Positions 9,563 to 19,909 of a DNA stretch of 64,000 nucleotides are shown one piece after another. Within the stretch, counting starts at the first letter, position 1; each line of letters begins with the position of its first letter. Where the stretch lies: positions 11,846-75,845 of IMG/VR virus record IMGVR_UViG_3300025141_016046. One strand, written 5' to 3'. The notes beneath the pieces were generated by a model that saw nothing but the letters and a program-made list of their open reading frames with translations, had not been told where the DNA came from and ran no database searches. The stretch comes from a virus. The position numbers were made by a program, and so were the translations under genes.

Positions 9563-10270
9563 TTATGATGTCTTGTTAATCTTAACAAGGAGGTTCTTTG
9601 ATGCACCAGATTGCTGCCCTGTAATGGTGATATATGATCTAATAGTAGTCTTATCTCCTGCAACACCGTATGTGTCAAATAGTGAGGTTGTCAAGGATGA
9701 TTTCACCTGTATGGTAGGTGCAATTGATGACCCGCCTGTAACAGTATCAAGAGCAGAGGATCTTGTGATTAGGTATGTTGCAATATTCTCTGAGCTTATT
9801 GCAATAGGTCTTACTCCAGATAGCTGAAGAAATAAATTATTCATTTGGACCCTAAATACCTGATCAACAAGCTCAACTGGTACTAGCTGATCGCCTCCAA
9901 TTGACTGCTTAATTGTAGGTGTAGAGCTTCTAGTATTGACAATATTAAGTGTAATTGTATCTGAAGTTACACCATCCAGAGTTATCTCTGGAAGTCTAAT
10001 AAGATTTGGAACAGAAATACTTCTAAGTCTAAACTTTTGAGAAAGATTTCCTCTAGTAATTCCTTCTAGAATTGGTGTATTTTTTTCAACCTTTTCTTTT
10101 CCAACTGTTCTTCCAAACTTTTGTATGATTGAATAATCAACTTCATCGTCTGAAAGTGCAAACTTAACTATAGAGAAACTTCCATCATTTCTAGCTAGAA
10201 GCTCCCTTCCCTTGTCTGTAAGAACGGCATCTAATATGATATTATTAGTGCTATGATCAAGAAAACCCAT
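9563..10270 (-). CDS. Virion baseplate/tail-collar-like protein (N-terminal half of the domain)
   Basis: DAVLTDKGRELLA...IVKFALSDDEVDY resembles the LT..G...LA...IT.FA.GD start of tail-collar domains. Paralogous to the N-terminus of 19887-20864. Confidence 0.6.
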   Translation of the reverse strand: MGFLDHSTNNIILDAVLTDKGRELLARNDGSFSIVKFALSDDEVDYSIIQKFGRTVGKEKVEKNTPILEGITRGNLSQKFRLRSISVPNLIRLPEITLDGVTSDTITLNIVNTRSSTPTIKQSIGGDQLVPVELVDQVFRVQMNNLFLQLSGVRPIAISSENIATYLITRSSALDTVTGGSSIAPTIQVKSSLTTSLFDTYGVAGDKTTIRSYITITGQQSGASKNLLVKINKTS

Positions 10271-10286
10271 TTTTTACCCCTGATTG

Positions 10287-10294
10287 TAAATATA
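10287..10294 (-). promoter_or_regulatory. Candidate late-promoter motif TATATTTA
   Basis: Intergenic, 16 nt upstream of the ATG at 10270, followed by an AGGGG SD. Confidence 0.45.
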
Positions 10295-10328
10295 TCGCTT
10301 TGTGTGTTATCCAGTAAAATAATTCTAC

Positions 10329-12359
10329 TCAGACATCTATTAGAGTTGCAACCTTTGTTGTGACAGAATAGTCTACTCCCTCGCCAACTTCAAACAAGTT
10401 ATCCCTAGTGTCCTTAACATAAATATCAATTAGTTTTGATTTCTGGTTATCTAGATTCATCATAGATAATTTATAGCTTGGATTATCATCGCTTGTTGCC
10501 ATAATATTAAGATCATCTCCGTCTGAGTTTGTAACTGTTAAGTACTCTGGATCAAAGTAGATTGTTAATTGATTAAATCCAGATGTCTTTATTGTATCTT
10601 TGAACAGGTCATTTCTTAGATATAGATTTGGATATGGAATAGGTGCACCTGATTTTGACAAATATGAAACAATAAGCCTAGACTTAAATTTATCATATGA
10701 TACACTAAACTGAGCAGAATAGTTTGAACAAAGACCCCTTGCGTCCACGCTAGCTATCGAATAGATATATAAAGAATTGTGATTAAAATCCTTATCCCTA
10801 TAGAGAAGTTGAGGCGAATCTGCAACCTGTATTAGAGCGCCGGATAATCTTGCTATTGTGCTTTGAACAAGAGAGTCTGGATCTGGTATCTCTGTTGTCT
10901 TTGTAAGTGTAGTTGAGTCATTAAAGTAGTAATTTTTAATTAGCTGAAATGGAGATGATGTATCAAGCCTTCTAAATACTCTAAACTCTTTTACATCTCT
11001 TTGTCTATTTACTGGCATTGACCACGCTATGTCTAGTGATTCTGACTTTCCATCCCAGACGAATTCAATATCTGTAGGTGGGGGTGGTGGAATTCTTTCT
11101 ATGCATATAGATGTTGCAGTCTTACTAGGCCTGGATGCTATTAGAACACCAACTACGACAGATTGATTTCTTGATTCATTTCCGGGATATACATTAATTG
11201 CACTAAATTCAAGATAAGCAATTGTTCTAACTCTATATCTGTACCCCCTTCCATACATAATGTTTGGATCAATTGCGTCACCAGATAGGGGATTTTCAAT
11301 TATAATTGGATCTAGTGTGAGTACATTTCCAGATTCATCAACCTCGTCCTTTTCAATAAGGTATCCGACGACCCTTGCTGAATACTGGCTACCATCTGTC
11401 TGGTCAGCCATGTTTTGAGAAATTTTATATGTGACGGGCTCTGCACTGATATCATAGTCATCATCACTTAGTGACCCAGCAGTGTTTGCTGTAACTGCTG
11501 CAGTTGATATTGAAGAAAGTATACTCTTTACTGTATTGAACTCTTCAAAGTATGAACTTCCCCCATCCTTAGACCATGCATTTCCGCATCTTCCTGCGAG
11601 AACGTTACTTACAGAAATCCCTAGGTCAAAAACTGTCGAAGTATTAGAGAAGCTATCGTTAATAAGAGCTGTCCTATCTTCAGACTGATTAAAAAAGCTT
11701 AGGTCACCCACAGACTGATAGCTTGCAAGAGCTGTCCTTAAAGTCTCTTTTGCATTTGAATCCAGCCCAGTAGAAGATCCAACAGCTTCAAGATATGAAT
11801 TAACAACATCGAGATTTGAATCAGATGACTCATTAGATGTTGTAGATGATGCAAATTCAAATTCAATCTCTGATGAGTTTATTGCTATCTTTGCAACATC
11901 TGTCAGCTTTGTCAATCCTTCTGCATCCTGCAATCCAATTCCGCTATACTGATTACTGGTCATAATATCCTCAAAGAGAATATTTTCAACATTGTCTGCT
12001 ATACTAACTGTAAAGTCTACAACTTCTAGCCTGTCCTCATCTGAATCTATTACAGATCTAAGCTCTTTTGGAGACCATGAAATTTTATTAAATCTAGGAA
12101 GCCCAACTTCAACAAGCTGTGCCCTTCTTTCAGACTCAGATGCATCATCGCTTAAAGTTGTAAATGATGTCCGAGACTCACCATCAACAACGACATCTCT
12201 AGAAGTAGTCTCATCTGCAACAAAGTAATTGTATTGAAACTCACTAGATACATTGTCTGGGATTGGTATGTCAGACTGATTGACTCCCTTGCTTGGCATA
12301 GATGAATAAGCTGATTCGTCTATCAGGTCATCATATATTGAAAATGATGATATTGTCAT
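10329..12359 (-). CDS. Acidic structural protein with fibronectin-III/Ig-like domains
   Basis: FN3-like strands GYLIEK...YRYRVRT and PPPPTDIEFVW...IAWSMP...FRVFRR...YIYSIASVD. SD AAGGAG. Confidence 0.55.
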   Translation of the reverse strand: MTISSFSIYDDLIDESAYSSMPSKGVNQSDIPIPDNVSSEFQYNYFVADETTSRDVVVDGESRTSFTTLSDDASESERRAQLVEVGLPRFNKISWSPKELRSVIDSDEDRLEVVDFTVSIADNVENILFEDIMTSNQYSGIGLQDAEGLTKLTDVAKIAINSSEIEFEFASSTTSNESSDSNLDVVNSYLEAVGSSTGLDSNAKETLRTALASYQSVGDLSFFNQSEDRTALINDSFSNTSTVFDLGISVSNVLAGRCGNAWSKDGGSSYFEEFNTVKSILSSISTAAVTANTAGSLSDDDYDISAEPVTYKISQNMADQTDGSQYSARVVGYLIEKDEVDESGNVLTLDPIIIENPLSGDAIDPNIMYGRGYRYRVRTIAYLEFSAINVYPGNESRNQSVVVGVLIASRPSKTATSICIERIPPPPPTDIEFVWDGKSESLDIAWSMPVNRQRDVKEFRVFRRLDTSSPFQLIKNYYFNDSTTLTKTTEIPDPDSLVQSTIARLSGALIQVADSPQLLYRDKDFNHNSLYIYSIASVDARGLCSNYSAQFSVSYDKFKSRLIVSYLSKSGAPIPYPNLYLRNDLFKDTIKTSGFNQLTIYFDPEYLTVTNSDGDDLNIMATSDDNPSYKLSMMNLDNQKSKLIDIYVKDTRDNLFEVGEGVDYSVTTKVATLIDV

Positions 12360-12399
12360 ATCTTTTCTCCTTGATCCATTGTTACTACCGCTGTGTTTC

Positions 12400-15300
12400 T
12401 CATGTGTTATCTAGATCACTTTGATATGGAAGAAGCTCTACAGTAACAAAAAAGCTAAATACTTCAGATAAATATGTCGTACCAGTCATTGGATAGACAG
12501 CTCCATCCTGAAGATATGCAACTGTATCTTCAGATGTTTCTTCATAATCTATTTCAAAACCATCGGGATCGACAAGAATACAAAATACTCTCTCAAATAA
12601 TGTTGGACAAAAAGCCTGATTTAGATATTTCTCAGGACTGAATAAAAATGACTGCCTAAGCTTGCTTGCAACATTTTCAGATGAAGATGTTGCAAGATCT
12701 AGATCACCAAATGCACCAGCATCTATTCCCTCAGCAACCATTGATAAGATATCAGATCTTACTTGATTATAATACCCATCGCTAGAGCTTTGAACTCCCA
12801 TACTTAGGCTTAAATTTTCTGCATTTCCAGTATACCCAGTAATAAAATCAAAATCAGCTTGTTGAGTACCAAGCCCGCCACCATCAACTGAGGATGCATA
12901 GCTGCAACCCTTTTCAAAGAGTGGAAATGCCCTCTCATTTACATCTATTCCACCGATAATTTTTAAGTACTCCTTAAGAATATAGTCTTGTAGGTGATTT
13001 CTATTAATCTCATCTGCATTAATTGAAATAGGGCCATCGTTCGCGTCAGGCCCGAGATCTGTGACTGAGGGTGCAGTGTTATATTCGTCTCCTCTTTGGA
13101 TAAAAAAGTCCCATGTCAAGTTTGGATAAAGTCCTGTGAAAGTAGATGATTTTTCATTAATTGATTCAGAGCTAGAATCATCTGCCGATGTTCCTGGAAA
13201 TGTCCCATCCGGTTGATATCCTCCTGTGCCTGCTCCTAAGCCCGAGTCCAGCGCGGACTTGTCATGGGCAGAGGTAGACCAGGCTTCGTCGCATGCAGCT
13301 GCTAGAGTTTCTGCGCTAACATCTATTGCAGAAGACATTGGATCAAGCCCCCCGTATGTTCTAGTCGATGAAAGAAGCCTTGTGTCAAATATATAATTTC
13401 TTGGCTTATACACAACATCACCTCTATCCAGATCCTTCTTATATACCTTGATGCTAATGTGAGGACTTGATGAGTAATCTTCTGGCTCATAGCCATCATA
13501 GCTAGCATAGTTCTCTGCCTCCTCTCTTAGCTTTTCAATTAGGCCGTGGGGAAGACCGACTGTTAAAATTTCAAGCCTATCATCATCAGGATCTCCCTTT
13601 GATGTTGAGAACTCACCGGACTCCAATCCGTCTTCGTGTGTAGATGGATTAGGCTGAAGAAGACCGAGCCCAGGAATAATTCTATTGCTTAGGATTTTTG
13701 AAGGAATTACCTCACAGCTTGGTATGAGAAGATCTCTAGAGCTAGCTGTCTTTCCATCTTCACTAAGATCTTCATCAAAAAATCCTGCTGATGATATTGT
13801 TCTAGACCCCTCTCTTAAATTTTTAACAAGGCTGTATGCCTCAGAAGTCATACACGCGCTAAACATGGCAGATAGTGCATCATCGTAGCTTATTGACATT
13901 CCCTCATTTGCTACTGCATTTTTTGCTGAGAGATCACAATAATCTAGATAGTGGATATGGGAGGATGGGTTGGTAGTAAAGCTAAGAATGTCTTCGTATT
14001 TTGAATTAATAACGTTTCCAACTGCGACAAGTGCCTCAGACATTGCTTCACATCTAGTGTACTCCTTTATAAGCCCTGCATGAATGTCTCTTATGGACTC
14101 CTCAATTGTGATATCGTATGCTTCACCAAATGCAGAGTTTAGTGCATTTGAAATATTTGTACCATACCCGTTTACATTAACTGAATCATTCAAGCTGTAT
14201 AGACCGCCTCTAGAGAATTTTGCGCAAGCTAGCGCGAGCTGTGTTGTTCTTGCTGTGTCTAGTCTAAGCACCGTGTAAAATTCAGCATCAAAAGATGCCT
14301 GTTGGATAAATGTTGGGCTTCCTCTTGAGAAAAGATCACCCTTTGTGGGTGGACCGCTTCCATCGGTAGACCGACCTGTCACCTCCTGAAAAATGGCAGA
14401 CTCCTCTCTCTGTCCAATGGGTATGACGCTCAAATCGCCTGCAAGAACCTGTGTCTGAAATCCACCGCTGTTTGTAATCTCAATTGAAGAAAGTAAATCT
14501 CCGATTATGTAGCAGTAAGCTCTTCTACGAAGAGTGTCTGTGTAGCCTCTAAAGTCAGTAATTATATCTATTGGCTCATCACTTCCTCTGAATTCTTCTT
14601 CGAGAACTAGGCGTATTCTCTCATCATCTTTATCTGTTAGAGCTATTCCTTCAAAATCATCACCAACAAATTCAGAATAAAATCTTAATAGCGTCAGATC
14701 GGGTAGGTCAAATATTGAACCCCTTGAAGTGCTTGTATCAATTGTTAAAAGTGCAAGGCCAACAGGAGATCTCATAAGACCGACCCTGTCTTTAATAATA
14801 GATTTTGGGCTTGTCATAGCTGTTGAAAAATCTTCCTCCTCTGATGTTACCTGTATATTATCAACAGTTCTATGTGCAACATATCTCTTTACCCCTGAAC
14901 TTGACCAGTATGCTTCATCCTGTATTTCGAGGATGCCGACGCCATCTCCAGCATCTGATACATCTAGTATTTTTTCTGTCAGCTCTAATGCCAGATTGTA
15001 GAAATCGTCATAAGATCGCTGAATTGCATCAATTTCTGAATCGACTTCTTCAGCAACATCTTCATCTTCTATCACACCTGTTCCGGAAATAGATGACTTA
15101 ATTATATCTTCCTGCTTCTTATAGAGCCTTCTCGCATCTAAAAACTGACTTAACAGGTGCGCAATTTCACTATTGCTTCCAGCCTCAATGAATATTGCAA
15201 GTCTAATGAATTCAAGCTCATCTACAGGATCTCGTGTAATTTGCTCTGTCTGATCTGACACATCACTCCAAGAAGTTCCAGTTGTGCTAAGAACAGACTG

Positions 15301-16935
15301 CAAGACGTCATTATCGTGAACAAATCCGTTGTCTGATAGATAGTCTGATAGCTGGTAACATAGTGCTCTAAAGAAGCTATTTGATGATCTGGCGCCGCCA
15401 ATTAAGACCGGAACAAGTGCTGCTATTGACTGTGCTTTTGAAGTAAAATCTTTAGCAAATGCCTCAAAATTAAAGTCAGTTATTTCCCCACTTGAGGCTT
15501 GATCTGATGTTTCTATAAACTCTTGTATCTGGTGAACAAAATCTCCTGCAAATGCTCCAAATCCATGAATTGCATCTCCAAAAGAGCTGTCAACAGAAAA
15601 TCTTTCAAATGAAAATATTTTTGTACCATCTTCAATTTGAGGGTTTATCAAAGAAGCAATAGACTCACCAGCAGGAGCGCTGCTAAATAGAGATCCGCCT
15701 ATGTCACCAATAAGCTGGTCAACAATTGTCTCTACAGAAGGATTGGTAAATATGCCAGTAGAATTATCAGATTTGGCTCCAAATTCATCTAGCACATCAT
15801 GAACGTAGTCAGTCCTCTTTAAAAATGACATGGCTATGTCTCTTGATATAATCTGAGAAATAATTACCATTCTTTCAGTGAGGCTGAGACCGTAAAGGCT
15901 ATTGTCAAATATGGCAAAGTCTGATCTTGACACAACTGACCCTCCATCAACTGTCTCCATAGACTGATTTAGTGAATTCAGGCCACTGATTACTCTCTGA
16001 AAGCTTCCGCTGCTTCCATCGTCAAAGACATCGTACGGTGCAAATCCGTTTTCAGACGTATCTCTCTCTTCCACGCCTGGGTCAAAGAGCTTAGAGCCAT
16101 ATAAAATACACCTTCTTAGGTCTTGAACTATCTGTGCAACTAATTTTGTGCTAGATGAGTTTCTAAACTCATCCTCAGAATATTCCATATCACCTGTAAC
16201 AAGGTTGTGAAAGTTGTCAACATCAGTTATTCTTCTTGGGCTAAAATCTTGCATGTCTAAGAATGGAGCAGACCCGCCCCACGATCCAAAGTATGTACTT
16301 GTGACAGGAAGCCACTCTGATGGCATCATTGTCTCTCTAATGGAATTAAAGACATCAAGAAGGGCATTTTGTGATGCTAGCATGCTAGAATCTGATAGTA
16401 TCTGTCTAATGTTGAAGCTTAATAGTGACATTCCGGCAAGTGCATCCAGAAAATCCTGACGGGAGCCGATTGTTATATTTGTTGCTGCTGATGTTGCATT
16501 GTCAAACTCTCCATTTTCATTTTTTATAAGCTTAATAAGACAGTTTCTAGCAGCCTCTTTAGTCAAGCTATCGAGTAGAACATTATAATATATTGCATTA
16601 TAGACACCCTCATTTACTGAATCATCATCTCCGTACAGTGGGACAAAGTCAATAGAGGTTATAAGTTCGGGTGCAGACACAGAGAGGCCAACAATAGACG
16701 CTGGATTTGTGAATGAGGTAAATACAGCATCAGTCGATCCATCTGTTGCAAAGTTTGTTGTAGTTCCAAAAGATACACTTCCTTGGGCACCGAGACCAGA
16801 AGATGACACTTGATCATCCGACATTGATTTCGCAGGCTTTATAATCGAGCTAATAACTCCAAGTGCGACATTTTGAAGAGTTGTAGACGGTAGAGCAAAT
16901 CCAGAATTTGCCAGTGAATTAAAGGTAATTGTCAT
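12400..16935 (-). CDS. Large acidic hypothetical protein (1511 aa), probably virion-associated
   Basis: Long ORF inside the baseplate operon. Asp/Glu/Ser-rich, with no recognisable motif. Confidence 0.5.
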   Translation of the reverse strand: MTITFNSLANSGFALPSTTLQNVALGVISSIIKPAKSMSDDQVSSSGLGAQGSVSFGTTTNFATDGSTDAVFTSFTNPASIVGLSVSAPELITSIDFVPLYGDDDSVNEGVYNAIYYNVLLDSLTKEAARNCLIKLIKNENGEFDNATSAATNITIGSRQDFLDALAGMSLLSFNIRQILSDSSMLASQNALLDVFNSIRETMMPSEWLPVTSTYFGSWGGSAPFLDMQDFSPRRITDVDNFHNLVTGDMEYSEDEFRNSSSTKLVAQIVQDLRRCILYGSKLFDPGVEERDTSENGFAPYDVFDDGSSGSFQRVISGLNSLNQSMETVDGGSVVSRSDFAIFDNSLYGLSLTERMVIISQIISRDIAMSFLKRTDYVHDVLDEFGAKSDNSTGIFTNPSVETIVDQLIGDIGGSLFSSAPAGESIASLINPQIEDGTKIFSFERFSVDSSFGDAIHGFGAFAGDFVHQIQEFIETSDQASSGEITDFNFEAFAKDFTSKAQSIAALVPVLIGGARSSNSFFRALCYQLSDYLSDNGFVHDNDVLQSVLSTTGTSWSDVSDQTEQITRDPVDELEFIRLAIFIEAGSNSEIAHLLSQFLDARRLYKKQEDIIKSSISGTGVIEDEDVAEEVDSEIDAIQRSYDDFYNLALELTEKILDVSDAGDGVGILEIQDEAYWSSSGVKRYVAHRTVDNIQVTSEEEDFSTAMTSPKSIIKDRVGLMRSPVGLALLTIDTSTSRGSIFDLPDLTLLRFYSEFVGDDFEGIALTDKDDERIRLVLEEEFRGSDEPIDIITDFRGYTDTLRRRAYCYIIGDLLSSIEITNSGGFQTQVLAGDLSVIPIGQREESAIFQEVTGRSTDGSGPPTKGDLFSRGSPTFIQQASFDAEFYTVLRLDTARTTQLALACAKFSRGGLYSLNDSVNVNGYGTNISNALNSAFGEAYDITIEESIRDIHAGLIKEYTRCEAMSEALVAVGNVINSKYEDILSFTTNPSSHIHYLDYCDLSAKNAVANEGMSISYDDALSAMFSACMTSEAYSLVKNLREGSRTISSAGFFDEDLSEDGKTASSRDLLIPSCEVIPSKILSNRIIPGLGLLQPNPSTHEDGLESGEFSTSKGDPDDDRLEILTVGLPHGLIEKLREEAENYASYDGYEPEDYSSSPHISIKVYKKDLDRGDVVYKPRNYIFDTRLLSSTRTYGGLDPMSSAIDVSAETLAAACDEAWSTSAHDKSALDSGLGAGTGGYQPDGTFPGTSADDSSSESINEKSSTFTGLYPNLTWDFFIQRGDEYNTAPSVTDLGPDANDGPISINADEINRNHLQDYILKEYLKIIGGIDVNERAFPLFEKGCSYASSVDGGGLGTQQADFDFITGYTGNAENLSLSMGVQSSSDGYYNQVRSDILSMVAEGIDAGAFGDLDLATSSSENVASKLRQSFLFSPEKYLNQAFCPTLFERVFCILVDPDGFEIDYEETSEDTVAYLQDGAVYPMTGTTYLSEVFSFFVTVELLPYQSDLDNT

Positions 16936-16936
16936 G

Positions 16937-19909
16937 TTAGAACTCTCCGGTTATTGAAATGCTTCCTGCAACACTAGTGTTTCCCTGTGTGAGGTCTGAT
17001 AGTATTGGTGTAATTGAATACTCGACATCGCCCAGGATGCCTTTTTGTGATGTATCTGTGAATGTAAAGTTACCAGAATTAGACTGAGCATGGTGCACAC
17101 CTACTGGTATCGTTACACCATTTCTATTTGCTGTAATTATAAAATGATCAATTGTATCTATATTACCTGAAATAAACCATCCAATCTTTACATCTCCCGT
17201 GCTTATAGCACTTACAGAAGGCTTCGTGATGCTTATTGACGAGCTAGGTGTTGAAACATTTATTGATTTAACGATGCCCGTTTCACCGAGTTCAAAAGAG
17301 TTAGAAGCATGATTTGAAACAAGGGCTCCTCCATATGAAAGTGTTCCTTGTCTTATTGCTGTCGGAGATGTAAACTTTTCAGAAAAATTTGTATCAAACT
17401 TTGTAGAACTTGAAGAAGATGATTTTTCAACTGAAAGAGACGGCATAAAGGAAGCCTGTTTTAACTCTCTAAATGCCTGTGTTGACTTTAGCTCAGAAAG
17501 AATGCCAGTTGTAGTCCTCATAAGAGGTTCTAGCTTATAAATATACTCTGATGCAGACTTAGGAGAAGGAATTCCCATAGAGGTATCTCCAACATCTTTA
17601 AAGTTTCCAGATGTCTTTATCCCAAGATCATACTCAATTCCAGTATTCACATCAAATCTCTTAACCCTAAAGACAGAAACACTGCTTAGCTGATCCTTAA
17701 TATCTGAAATATCCTCACTAAACAAATCTGAAAGATCTAAGTCATCAAGTATGGATTTTGTAATATCAGCATCTGACTCTGGAATATTCATTGATGCATT
17801 AATCGATATTTCATATCCATCTAATGTGCTACTTCTTCTCACGCTTGGTGGATCTGCATCAATAGAAACTGAATCTCTGACGATCATTCTTTTTTCAATC
17901 GTTGATGCCTCAGATATTCTCTCTACACCTGTATTAAAAACTGCCTTACACCTATACTCATAAACATTTTCTTCAACAACAGATGTATCAGTAATCTGAA
18001 AGGTTTTTCCCCTTGATGCAAGGCTGTTTGATCCTGCACTATTGATTGGTATGTACTTTCTATCTCTATTTGTTAAATTCTTTCTTAAAAAGTATATTCC
18101 AACTGGGTCTCCTGATATTATTTTTGCTTCAACTAGAATGCCTTTATTTGAATTTTTTGAATTTATAGACATTTCTAAAATCTCATCTTCAACTGGCATA
18201 TCAATATTTCTTCGACTAGGCTTAACTACAATATCTGAAAATGTTGTCATTTCTCCAGACGCTGATACCGCAACTGCTCTAATTATTGTGGGATTTCCTG
18301 ATGCAATGGGATATGATTTAATTACAGGGGCATTTTTTTGTGTTAGGGAGAATCTATCAATCTGGTTAAATCCCCCTGATTGAGAAATTTTAGATGGACT
18401 TATTGTCTTTTGTAATATGATAATTTTATTAGCATTTTTATCAACTTGCTTTACAACCATGTGCATCATAGAGTCTTCTGATTCAGCGGCTGTTATAACA
18501 GGTGGAGCTATGACAGTATAGAACTCATTTATATTTTTTTTATGATCTATCACCTTTGTTTCAGTTTGTATTGTTCTTCCCTCTGAGTCGATTAAATCTA
18601 TGATAACATTAAACTCACCGGGATTTGATATTTTAGAAGTTGGAACTTGAAAAGAATACTCAAAATCTGTATCTTCGGTTGTAGTTTCAGATATAGAAGT
18701 AACCGATAACATGCTAGGAAGATCTGAAATTGACTCTTGCGATACTGGTGATATATTTACAAACTTACTTCTAAGGGAGTTAGATATCTGATTTAGATCA
18801 TCACTGTTTAATGATTTTACCTGACTATAAGATGTATTTAATGGGCTCATCCTCCTAGACGTTCCCTCATAATTGTCTCTAGCAGTGTTTATAAAGTCTG
18901 ATATTGACATTGAAACAATCTGAGAAGCAGCTACACCATATTTTGATATTGCTGACATTGCAGCAACCTGTGGATCTTTTTCAATTGACGAGACCCCTGT
19001 CTGTCCAATTGATGCCCTTTCAAGAACACCAGATAGTTCATCTTGAGATGTTGACTGGCTAATATTTGAAGGCGTAACAGAAGATTCAACAACTTCTCCA
19101 GTTAGTGGATCTACATTATACTCAACTGCATTTTGACCAATATTTGTACTATTGCTCGTACTTTCTCTTTGAACAAGAACAGTATCTAAAACAGGTATAG
19201 TGGATTCAGACTTTCCATTATTTGATCTTGATATTCTTCTTTTTTGTAATGTAAATTTCACACCACCATCAAAAAATATTTCACTAGTAGTAGCACTTAA
19301 AGAGATAGAGTCTCCTGTACCTGATGTGATTGAGTTTAGCATCTTTGATCTAGCTAGCTCTTTTTTTGAAAGATCGCTTATAAAGGAGTCGATTGATCTA
19401 GTCTCACTTGCAATTTCTTGAAGAGATTCTTGTTCACTATTTTCACTAATGGATTCTTTTAATTGAATATGACTTTTTAATAGAGCTTTAGATATAGAAT
19501 TATTTTTTGAAAAATTAACCTTTTTATTGTCACTGGTCGTTGTACCTCCAGAAAAATAGCTTAAGCTGCTTGATTTTGACTCACTACTTTGAGATGATCT
19601 CTCCTCTAGTGACGAGAACCCTCTTGTGTTTAAAGATAGGATTGGACTATTATCTCCAGAAGCAATTTTTTCAAAATCATTAGTAGGGCGTGTTAGTGTT
19701 TCTGGCTGAATTGATACTTTCACGCTTACAGCATCATTGTTTAGTAGCTCATTTGTTATTGCTGTGAATGATATCTTATAGTTAAACACTATATCACCAG
19801 TTGAAGTTTTTTCTGAAGATTCAATTGTAGAAGATACACTTCCGCCGTTTATTGCAGAAATTGTGGGTAATTGAACTTTCATACCATTATTCCTCTGACT
19901 GTCTGTCAA
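16937..19909 (-). CDS. Ser-rich structural protein with C-terminal Ig/FN3-like repeats
   Basis: Low-complexity Ser/Thr N-terminal half, then repeated beta-sandwich-like ends YEYRCKAVF, YIYKLEPL and VEYSITPI. Confidence 0.5.
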   Translation of the reverse strand: MTDSQRNNGMKVQLPTISAINGGSVSSTIESSEKTSTGDIVFNYKISFTAITNELLNNDAVSVKVSIQPETLTRPTNDFEKIASGDNSPILSLNTRGFSSLEERSSQSSESKSSSLSYFSGGTTTSDNKKVNFSKNNSISKALLKSHIQLKESISENSEQESLQEIASETRSIDSFISDLSKKELARSKMLNSITSGTGDSISLSATTSEIFFDGGVKFTLQKRRISRSNNGKSESTIPVLDTVLVQRESTSNSTNIGQNAVEYNVDPLTGEVVESSVTPSNISQSTSQDELSGVLERASIGQTGVSSIEKDPQVAAMSAISKYGVAASQIVSMSISDFINTARDNYEGTSRRMSPLNTSYSQVKSLNSDDLNQISNSLRSKFVNISPVSQESISDLPSMLSVTSISETTTEDTDFEYSFQVPTSKISNPGEFNVIIDLIDSEGRTIQTETKVIDHKKNINEFYTVIAPPVITAAESEDSMMHMVVKQVDKNANKIIILQKTISPSKISQSGGFNQIDRFSLTQKNAPVIKSYPIASGNPTIIRAVAVSASGEMTTFSDIVVKPSRRNIDMPVEDEILEMSINSKNSNKGILVEAKIISGDPVGIYFLRKNLTNRDRKYIPINSAGSNSLASRGKTFQITDTSVVEENVYEYRCKAVFNTGVERISEASTIEKRMIVRDSVSIDADPPSVRRSSTLDGYEISINASMNIPESDADITKSILDDLDLSDLFSEDISDIKDQLSSVSVFRVKRFDVNTGIEYDLGIKTSGNFKDVGDTSMGIPSPKSASEYIYKLEPLMRTTTGILSELKSTQAFRELKQASFMPSLSVEKSSSSSSTKFDTNFSEKFTSPTAIRQGTLSYGGALVSNHASNSFELGETGIVKSINVSTPSSSISITKPSVSAISTGDVKIGWFISGNIDTIDHFIITANRNGVTIPVGVHHAQSNSGNFTFTDTSQKGILGDVEYSITPILSDLTQGNTSVAGSISITGEF

